A stretch of DNA of 64,000 nt, taken from assembly GCF_009914755.1 (NCBI RefSeq), contig NC_060926.1. One strand, written 5' to 3'. Under the pieces are notes generated by a model. It made no database searches and had not been told where the DNA came from. It was given only the letters and a program-made list of their open reading frames with translations. Shown here in pieces: positions 54,559 through 64,000 of the stretch. The translations under genes were made by a program, and so were the position numbers. Source of the stretch: the human T2T-CHM13v2.0 reference genome, Homo sapiens. Numbering within the stretch: the stretch's first letter is position 1; every line of letters starts with the position of its first letter.

Positions 54559-56447
54559 TTATATGGCTTGGCTTGGTGTCCCCACCCAAATCTCATCTCA
54601 AATTGTAATCCCCACATGTTGAAGGAGGGACCTGGTGGGAGGTGATTGTATCATGGGGTTAGATTTCTCCCTTGCTCTTCTTCTGATAGTGGGTTATCAT
54701 GAGATCTGGTTCTTTAATAAGGGTCTGACGCTCTCCCCCCAAATCCTGCAGCTATGTAACATGTGCCTTGCTTCCCCTTCACCTTCCACCATGATTGTAA
54801 GTTTCCTGAGGTCTCCCCAGCCATGGGGAATTGTGAGTCAATAAACCTCTTTTGTTTATAAATTACCCAGTCTCAGGTATTATCTTTATAGTAGTGCGAA
54901 ATGGACTAATACAGAGAATTGGTATGGGGCATGGGGCACTGCTATAAAGATAACCTGAAAATGTGGAAGTGACTTTGGAACTGGGTAACAGGTAGAACTT
55001 GAAACAGTTAGGAGGGCTTAGAAGAAGACAGGAAGATGTGGGAAACTTTGAAACTTCCTAGAGACTTGTTGAATGGCTTTGATCCGAATGTTGATAGTGA
55101 TATGGACAATGAAGTCCAGGTTGAGGTGGTCTCAGATGGAGATGAGGAACTTATTGGGAACTGGAGCAAAGGTCACTCTTGCTATGCTTTAGCAAAAAGA
55201 CTGGTGGCATTTTGACCCTGTCCTGGAGATCTGTGGAACTATCAACTTGAGAGAGATGATTTTGGGTATCTGGCAGAAGAAATTTCTAAGCAGCAAAGCA
55301 TTCAAGAGGTCACCTGGCTTATTCTGAAAGCATTCAATTATATGCTTTCACAAAGAGAAGGTTTGAAATTGGAACTTATGTTTAAAAGGGAAACAGAGCA
55401 TAAATGTTTGGAGAATTTGCAGCCTGACCATGTGGTAGAAAAGAGAAACCCATTTTCCGGGGAGGAATTTCAGCTTGCTGCAGAAATTTGCATAAGTAAC
55501 AAGGAGCCAAATGTTAATAGCCAAGACAATGGGGAAAATGTCTCCAGGGCATGTCAGAGACCTTCACGACAGACAAGCCCTTCCATCACTGGCCCAGAGG
55601 CCTAAGAAGAAAAGATAGCTTCATTGGCCAGGTCCAGGGCCTTCCTGCTCTGTGCAGGTTTTGGGTTTGGGGCTCTGTATCCCAGCAGCTCTAGCTGTGG
55701 CTAAAATGGGTCAAGGTACAGCTTATGCCATTGCTTCAGAGTATGCAAGCCCCAAGCCTTAGTGGCTTCCACATGATGCTGGTTCTGCAGCTGTGCAGAA
55801 GACAAGAGTTGACCTTTGGAAGCCCCTGCCTAGATTTCAGAGGATGTATGGAAATGCCTGGATGTCCAGGCAGAAGTCTGCTGCAGGGGCAGAGCCCTTA
55901 TGGAGAACCTCTGTTAGGGCAGTGAGGAAGGGAAATGTGGGATTCAGCCCCCATGCAGAGTTCCGACTGGGTCACTGCACAGTGGAGCTGTGAGAAGAGG
56001 GTCACTGTCCTCTAGACCCAAGAATGGTAGATCCAACAACAGCTTGCACTGTACACCTTGAAAAGTCACAGGCATTCAGTGCCAGCCCATGAAAGCAGCT
56101 GAAGGAGCTGAACCGTGCAGAGCCACAGGGGTGAAGCTGCACAAAGCCATGGGATCCCATCCCTTGCATCAGCATTCCCTGGATGTGAGACATAGAGTCA
56201 AAGGAGATTTTGGAGCTTTAAGATTTAATGACTGCCCAGTCAGGTTTTGGACTTGCTTAGGGCCTGTGGCCCCTTTGTTTTGTCTAATTTCTCCCATTTG
56301 GAATGGGAATACTTACCCAAAGCCTGTACCCCCATTGTACAGGTTTTTCAGGCGTATAGGTAGAAGACACCTGTCTTGTGTCAGATGACACTTTGGATTT
56401 GGACTTTGAAGTTAATGCTGAAATGAGTTAAGACTTTGGGGGACTGT
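54559..56447 (+). mobile_element. MaLR provirus (MSTA/THE1D-like): 5' LTR (54559-54913) plus internal region, 3' LTR missing
   Basis: LTR ends ggactaataca. Internal region gaaaatgtggaagtgactttggaactgggtaac ... gagttaagactttgggggactg then breaks off. Confidence 0.9.
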
Positions 56448-56607
56448 ATAAGTAATCTAGAGATGATTTAAAATATAAGGGAGGATGTGTATAAGTTATG
56501 TGCAAATATTATACTTTTTTATAAGTATAAGAATTGAGCATCTGGGGATTTTGGTATTCATGGGGGTTCTGGAATAAATCCCCTGTGGTTACTAAGAGAC
56601 AACTGTA
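56448..56607 (-). mobile_element. Half of a MER2 (Tc1/mariner-Tigger) element
   Basis: tataagtaatctagagatgatttaaa...gaggatgtg...ttgagcatc...ggattttggtatt...caactg|ta. Confidence 0.8.
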
Positions 56608-56706
56608 TATTTCCATGCATTGAAAGGGGGACTTAAAAAGATTTATGATTATAGTACTTAATCAAAGACAAAGGGGACTTGTAATGGTCCAAGTGACCTT
56701 TCTCAC

Positions 56707-57078
56707 TGATATGGTTTGGCTGTGTCCCCACCCAAATCTCATCTTGAATTGTAACTTCCACAATTCCCACATGCTGTGGGATGAACCTGATGGGAGCTGA
56801 TGATTGAATTATGGGGCAGGTCTTTCCTGTATCGTTCTTGTGATAGTGAATGAGTCTCACGAGATCTGATGGCTTTAAAAACAAGAGTTTGCCTGCACAA
56901 GCTCTCTCTCTGCCTGCTGCCATCCATGTAAGACGTGACTTGCTCCTCCTTGCATTCCACCATTACTGTGAGGCTTCCCCAGCCATGTGGAATTGAAAGT
57001 CCAATTAAACCTCTGTCTTTTGTAAATTGCCCAGTCTCAGATATGTCTTCATCTGCAGCATGAAAACGGATTAATACA
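56707..57078 (+). mobile_element. THE1 (A/B-like) solo LTR
   Basis: tgatatggtttggctgtgtccccacccaaatctcatcttgaattg ... ggattaataca. Perfect TSD CTCAC (56702-56706 and 57079-57083). Confidence 0.93.
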
Positions 57079-57716
57079 CTCACCCAACCCCAAATCACGA
57101 TAGCAGCTCTGCTACTTATTAACTGTGTGATTTTGAAAAAGTGACTTCGAAAAAGTGACTTCTTCTGTCTCAACTTCAAGTCCTCTCCCACTTCCAGCTA
57201 CAAAAGGAAAATCTAAACTTTTAGCATAGTCGTGTGCTTTGAGTGATATTAAATCCATACTACATAACGAAGTACTTTATCTATAAATACTATTTTCTAT
57301 CCCTGCTGGATATGTTGAGATTCATGGACGTACACACTATTTACGGAATTTAATTATCCAGTTTTCAGATGAACTCTGTATCCCCCATTCACTTCACTCT
57401 CCTGGGGGAAGGGTCATGATAAACATAAAGTGCTCACAGTAGATGAAGATGCAAGGTCCAAGGGGGCAGCATAACATGGCCCAACTGGTTTGTTAAAGTG
57501 GAAAGACTTGAACCAGCAAAGATGTCAGTGAATATTTATATTATAGATAGAAAAAGTTTTAGAGAAAGAAAAACCGTTTACTCTGAACTTGGAAGAAGCA
57601 AAGGAGAGGCATAGAAACTCCCATTTGTCTTCTCTTCTCCACAGCCTCCTTCTCTGCAAGAAACAAAATAAGCCTAGGGAGGGATCATAGTTCAAAGGAA
57701 AGAATGGATTTCAATC

Positions 57717-57719
<3 letters not shown>

Positions 57720-57764
<45 letters not shown>
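57720..57764. repeat. (TG)22 microsatellite
   Basis: Pure TG run. Confidence 0.95.
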
Positions 57765-57766
<2 letters not shown>

Positions 57767-58859
57767 TTGGGGAAGGTTTATATTGTGAATTTTTAGACTG
57801 GGGTGGCTTTGGGAACTTTGGATCTTTTGAACTGCTGGCATGTTTGAAGTTTCTAATTTCCACATTTGTCTTTCTTCATTTTGTGTTGTGGGAGGTAGAC
57901 TTTGCCTGTGTGACAACAGTAGCTCTGAAAAGCTAAAACCACAAAAGCGGGGCCCTGAAAAGACATTAGGAACTGGGTATTTGGGGCTGGCTGTAGGCTT
58001 AGGAAACAGAGCTGGAAGGTCCTTCAGATTGCCTTTAGTGTGCTGCTTAACCAGCTCTGCAGTCTAAGACAGGAGACAGGGTTTTGTGTGGACTCTTGGT
58101 CCAGAGAAAAAAAAAAGAGCTCCCATTCATTTGACTGGAACTTCCCTTGTAAGGAATTAGGGAATCCCAATGGTTATGTATGCATGATATTCCAAATTAG
58201 TATGTTAAAATTCATTTGCTAAGCTTCTTTTATCCTTTCTCCATTAATTAGTAATCAATGATTTATTAGCTTTTTGAGTATAGTGTTTTATAAAACTGTC
58301 AAGTCTTAGAAGCAGAGACCAAAGAAAATAACAATTCTGAAAGTAATGGGAAGGCTGCTGAGATTTTCCAACCTAGACTAAATAATGTTGCCTAATTTGT
58401 GGAGCATTCTTACTTCCCTATTCGAGGTCTCTAGTGCTATATTCCCATAGTATTATATATGATGCAATTAAATTCTGAGAATTATTAAGGAACAGATTGC
58501 TTTGAGAACTGAAAATGCATCCTAATAAGTGATTTGCAGTCCATTTTTGTATTGCTATTCAAGCTTTAATATAGCTCTTTCAAAACCTGAAATTCCACTG
58601 GCAAAAGCCATGAGGGATTGTCTTATTTCACACAGGTAAGACAACACTACTTCATCAAACTGAGAAGGAAAGAACACGGGGCTAGGAAGGAGGTTCTCTT
58701 TAGGGCTTTGATGCTGTTTAGCTTGGCACATTTCCTTGTCCATATGGTGAGATTAGACAAGCTGTCTCCAAATTAGATAACTTTGGGGCAGAAATGAAAG
58801 GTGAATGAGTGAACCTGGACTTGATGGAAGCTGTGCAATGTGTGATCGCATACCTCCTT

Positions 58860-59288
58860 AGTGGTAGATTGGATTACTGGCTTTAATTATTTAACTGTAC
58901 ACATATACCCTTCTATACTATGATTTTGAAGTCCCTCCCAGCAAAGGGGCAGCATATATTTCCCCATCCCTTGACTTTAGTTCAGCCATGTGACTTGCTT
59001 TGCTCATTTGAAAAGTCAGTTGTGATGATGTGCTAGTTATGGACCTAGACATTAGGAGGGCTTTTGTGTCCCCCTTGCCCTTTTCCATTTCTGTCATTGC
59101 CATGAGAATCTGCTGGCGCTGGGAGGAGAATGAGTGACAAGGAGCCAAACCACCCCAGAGGAACCCAGCCTAGAGTAGTTGAACCCAGCTGAGCCCCGGA
59201 CATGTGAGAAACACAAATGCTCATTGTTTTATGCTGTTCAGCTTTTGAGGCTGTTTATTATGCAGCATTATCAGGACTAGAACTAATT
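58860..59288 (+). mobile_element. Old MaLR LTR (MLT1H/I-like)
   Basis: gccatgtgacttgctttg, cccagcctagag, aaatgctcattgttttatgc...ttattatgcagcatta. Confidence 0.7.
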
Positions 59289-59601
59289 TGTTCTGTTTTC
59301 CCTGGAGAAATTTCTTTAGCTGTAACATGAGGGTGTAAGAATAGGACTGTTTTTGCAAACCCAGATTGCCTTCAGGGCAGAAAGGAAAAGTAGGTGTGGG
59401 AAGGAAGAAAGTGTTCAATGGAATCACATGCCTTTTTAAAGGGTATTGCTGCCACTTGGCCCTAGTCAAATGTGATGGTGCAGGAATGTAAGCCCTGTGT
59501 TGCCAAATGTACTCATTTTTTTCAAGAAAAGCTATAAATCTGGATTTTTGAATGTAGAATATTCAAAATTTAAATTTAGAAACTAAAAAAATTTATGGGA
59601 T

Positions 59602-59640
59602 ACACACACACACACACACATACACACACACACACACACA
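59602..59640. repeat. (CA)n microsatellite
   Basis: Visible CA run with one interruption. Confidence 0.9.
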
Positions 59641-60438
59641 AATGTATATGTCCTGTAAATTTGTGTATGTCCTGGATAAATATATATCCTTAACGGTCAT
59701 ACTTAACAGTCTCTAGATTAGAGTCTGTAGGTCCCCATCTGCTCTAATGTTCAATACTCATTAACACTCAATGCGTTTGTTGCAAGTCTACTGTGCGCAA
59801 ACTTATCCCAGGTGAATTTACTTTAGAATGAACTCAGCAATATTTTCACTTTAAAATATCACAAAACATGTTTCTTTTGCCCCTAGTGGAATAGCTTACA
59901 AATATGGCCACAACATAGAAGCTAAAAACAACACACAAAATTCCAGGCAAACCCCCGAATCCTCAACTTCCTAAAATCTTCAGCTACTTCAAGTACTTAA
60001 AAATGACAAGTCAACCACCTAATTATAGATAGAAACTGACTTTTCTTCTTTTGATGAGAGAGATTTTTTCCAACTTTAAAATCTATTATTGTTTTTCATG
60101 ATGCAAATTTCCAAGATGATCTGTTACTATATTAAGTGCTATAAGTATGAAATATAGAATGCCTATCAGAGGTGAATAGGAATTTTTAATTCCTTTAAGT
60201 GATTTTTCTTAATAGTCATTAACTCGAAAAATGGCCTGGCATCTCTGTTAAAAGAAAGGATACCAGGAAGCTTTCACATTATATCTTCATTAGCTACTGA
60301 TTATACCAGCAAGAGAAATCTCCGGATTTCCTTGACCATGGATTATAAACTCAGGATAATTACATGGAAGGAATATGAACTTCTCACTGGGTTCTTGATT
60401 AGATTAATAATTATCAATGACTTGCAAAATAGAGACCT

Positions 60439-60474
60439 TGTGTGTGTGTGTGTGTGTGTGTATGTGTGCGCGTG
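60439..60474. repeat. (TG)n/(CG) alternating purine-pyrimidine tract
   Basis: tgtgtg...tatgtgtgcgcgtgca. Confidence 0.9.
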
Positions 60475-61312
60475 CATCAATTTAATTTAAATAAAATGTA
60501 CTTGATCCCATCCAACTGTGTATTAGATGTAGGGTAAGGCATTACCCAGAACACAGAGATGGAGACTGACATAGATTAAATAAAGACCAAATGGTGGAGA
60601 CAGTACCTGGGGAGATGTCATTTTATATTTAGAACAAAGGATTAAGGTACATTATTTATAATTGTTTTATACTTCATTATGCTTGGAGAAGTTATGTCAT
60701 ACTCTCTGTATTTCTTGTCATTAATGGTTTTTAGGATTCCTTAACAACAAAAATGGGGGAGGACATTTAACACTTGTTGGGTGTTAATAATCTGTTAGGT
60801 TAATGTATTTAACCTGCACAATGAGCCTATGCAGTAAAAGCTTTTATTCTCATTTTACGCAATGGAAGGCTCCAGAGATCCAGCTGAGCTATTGTTTTTT
60901 TCCCCTGGAAGCCATCCTTGGTTACAATCTGAGTAAATTGCCCTGTGAGTACCCTAAAACCCATCACATACTTGCATTCCAGCATTTATAACATTTTGCA
61001 GAAACAGTTGCTTACTTTCTGTCTCTCCTTCTGAACCATGAACTCATGGAGGCTGGCGATTGGCAAAGAGTATGATCCAGTAAATATGTGTGAAATGCTC
61101 ACATTTGGTCAAGGTGCATACAACCTGCAAGTTGCAGAAACTGGAGCGATAATGGTTTATATTTTTCTAAATATAAATCTCCTGCACTTTCTACTGTGCT
61201 GTCACTTCAAAAATTTAAAAAGTGGGAAACATGTTCTAAAATTCCTCTTCTCTTACATGTTTTAAACTTGCATGTGCTTCTGATAAATATCCTCATCAGA
61301 AACTTCTGGTTA

Positions 61313-61480
61313 AGGCAGGGTTCCCCAAACTGGCATGGTGATAAGAATCACCTGGGGAGCTGTTAGAAAGTCTGGGTTCTTTGGTCCCATCCAGACTTAG
61401 TAAACTAGATTCTAAAGGGGAAGGGTCTCCTCCAGAATTGGCTTGAAAGTTCCCCAGGTGGTTCTTATCATCATATCTAT
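61313..61480. mobile_element. MER5-type hAT MITE remnant
   Basis: cagggttccccaaactggc...agaatcacctggggagctgttag...ttccccaggtggttctta. Confidence 0.65.
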
Positions 61481-62494
61481 TTAGCCAATTGGCTTAAGGC
61501 AATTTGGGAATTGTAGTAGGATGCCTGGTGATGCGAGCTTTACAGGAAAAAAACGAATATTTTGCTACTTCAGTGTCTGGAGATCCAGAAGGCAATTCAC
61601 CTTAAAGGAGAGTCATTTGGAAGAGGAATGTTTCAGATGCCGTCCTTTGTTATGTAAGGATGAGAAACGTGGGCATCACTGCTTTAGGTCTGAGCAAAGC
61701 CAGCCCTCCTAGTTCCATATGGATGTCTGGGGAGGGGTCAGATGAAACTGCATAAGGATCCAGGAGCCTAGAGTGAAGAGATGAGCCCTCAAACTCTCAC
61801 AGGAGAACCTAAAAGTTAGATAAACTTATCGAGATGATTCCATGCACCCTTCACAAGGTCAAGTGACAGAGAACAACAATGAAGCCTCTGAAATTAAGTT
61901 ATGATATGGTTAAAAAGAGACATCAGTAGCTGGCCCCATGCACTGAACAGAGGACCAGAATGGGAGTCCTGAAATTCACGGGCAGTGAAGTTCCATTTGT
62001 TCCAGGCCTCCAGAGGGGTAGATTTGCTCATTAGCAAAACAGCTCCTCAAAAGAACCCAAAAAAGTTTGATGGAGCTGTCATACAGCTTTCAAAACCTAT
62101 GTGGCAGCCTAAGCTGTTGGTTCTTTGGAGAGGAGGGTTTACAGCTGAGGGAAACGAGTGCCAATAGCACCACGTTCTAACTTAGCCCCGGATCCAGCAA
62201 AGTGGATGTGTGCCTTGGAGAGTGGATGACCACTTTTTCAGGGTGGATGACCACCAAGGGAGGAGCTGAGAGGAAAGGGGAGGTATTAGAATTATTTCCT
62301 TACAAGAGAGCCCAAGTCAGCTTTTAGAATGTCTTTGTCTAGACAGAACACACTACTGGTCTGTAGACACAAACTTCTTCAAAAAATCTGCTCTTAGTAG
62401 TGGCAGACAACTGCAATTCCCTCTTGGCTTTCTTCTTGGAAGCTAGGATACCACATTGAGGTTTCTAGCAACCAACTGTGTGCTTGGTATAATG

Positions 62495-62632
62495 TAGACC
62501 CCAGGAGGACAGTTAATATTGACTGCTTTGTTCATTGATACATTCCCTTGACCTAGACCATTGCTGGGCACATAGTAGGCTCTCAGTAAATATTTATTCA
62601 GTGAATGAATGAATAAATGAATGAATGAATGC
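62495..62632 (+). mobile_element. L2 3' end
   Basis: ggcacatagtaggctctcagtaaatatttatt...(tgaa)n tail. Confidence 0.8.
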
Positions 62633-63084
62633 TTAAATGAAGGTCCAGAACTAATACATACATAATCTCCCTTTAAGGAGCTCAGCCTACGTGTAAAGAC
62701 AGACACAGAAAGACAAAAACACAGCAATGTGTGAAGTGCTTTGGGAATGCACCGAAAGGAGCTGTTGATTCTGAGTGGTGGAGGGATCTGTGCTGTGGAC
62801 GCCAGGGTAGGGTGGATGGGAAGATGTGATGTAGAGGCCAGGGAAGGGAAGTAGATATAGCGGCACAGAAGTTCATGCAGAGTTCAGCACTAGTACAGAG
62901 TCCCAAGGGGCTTTCCCTTGAAAGTATTTGCCCAATGGATTATTTTTTTCCATCCTTTAATACTCCGTTTTTTAACCTAAATAATCTAACAAGATTTTAT
63001 CCCATTTGGATTTTTTTCAGTTAGCATATCTTATTTTCATAAAAACACAAAAGATACTTGACATTTAAAGATATTTAGATTTAA

Positions 63085-63292
63085 GGAAAATGGGGAAAGA
63101 GAGAAAGAGGAAAAAGGAGGGAAAAAGAAAAAAGGAATAAAGAAAAAGAGGGACAAGAAAAAAAGGGAAGAAGGAAGAAAGAAAAAGAAAGGAAGAAAGA
63201 AAGAAAAAAGAAAAGAAAGAAAAGGAAAGGAAGGAAGGAAGAAGGAAGGAAGGAAGAAAGGAAGGAAGGAAGGAAGAAGGGAAGGAAGGAAG
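63085..63292. repeat. Polypurine (GAAA/GGAA)n tract
   Basis: About 200 bp of almost only A and G. Confidence 0.95.
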
Positions 63293-64000
63293 ACCGATCT
63301 TTCTTGACTGTCAGTTGTGCTCAGGTTGGAGAAGGAACTCTCTCCTCAACCTGACAGACCAGCTGTGCTCTGGTTCCTGATTTCTTTCCACCTTCAGCTC
63401 AGAATCCTCCTCACCCCCAGTGCAACAGCTACTTCAGATGACTCTCAGTTGTCAAGGAAACCATTCTCTTGAGAAGTGTGTTCTACACTCCCTGCCTGAA
63501 ATGTTTCTGCTCCTTGTCCTATTTTCCTCACTTCACCTGGCTGTTTCCTACTCAGGGGCCAGTTTATATTCCATGGCCTCCAGGAAGACATCTCAACTGC
63601 CCAACTCAGGTTTGTGCCCCTTCTTCATGCTCTCAAAGCATTTTGTGCTTCTGCTACCATATACCTGAATATGCTGCATGGAACCCTGTCTAATCTGCAA
63701 TGGGACAGGTTTTATGTGTCCTGTGCACCACTGTGAATCACATGCATTTTTCACTGGGCCTGTGTATCATAAGTGTTCCATCATTACTCATGGAATGAAT
63801 GGCTGAATTAGCATTTTCTCCTTTTCCATGTAGTACATGGCTTGATTTGGGTCTTTGGGCAGATGTGTCTGAATCTACAAAGTTCACTGCCAGGCTCTCA
63901 TCCAGGGACCCACTGTGTATGTGTTTAAGTTTAGATACAAGCATGGAAAACATGGATTGAGAGAGAAAATCTTTGCCTAATTTAATAAAGTAACTGGAAA

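Noticed and set aside
55342-56388. ORFs within the MaLR internal region
   Set aside because: Fragmented by stops and frameshifts; decayed MaLR internal sequence.

Overview
Primate (most likely human) genomic DNA, AT-rich and repeat-dense. The only protein-coding feature I can support is the first coding exon of DOCK10 on the minus strand (ATG at 30643, 41 codons MAGERTRRFTRSLLRPGQAAELRHSAASAAAVAVSSRQQQR, GTGAGT donor at 30520-30515). It sits in a CpG island at about 29.5-31.25 kb. Positions 1-30520 are intron 1, with no further exon seen. Positions above about 31 kb are upstream intergenic DNA. The rest is Alu, L1, L2, MIR, MaLR LTRs (MST/THE1/MLT1), LTR33, MER5/MER2 DNA transposons and simple repeats. 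Almost all ORFs in the supplied track are repeat-derived or chance. Most notable observations: (1) a full-length piggyBac-derived MER85 with an intact PGBD3-binding palindrome and nearby AP-1 sites; (2) an in-frame uORF, a G-quadruplex and a perfect heat-shock element around the DOCK10 start; (3) STAT6 and NF-kB consensus sites; (4) several locally templated duplications and fold-backs, including a palindromic minisatellite inside an Alu tail, an IR-flanked AT array, an inverted copy inside an L1, and a 170-bp ungapped paralogous L1/HAL1-ORF1-like segment. I see no convincing new gene system. Repeat subfamily names come from recalled consensus sequences and are approximate.
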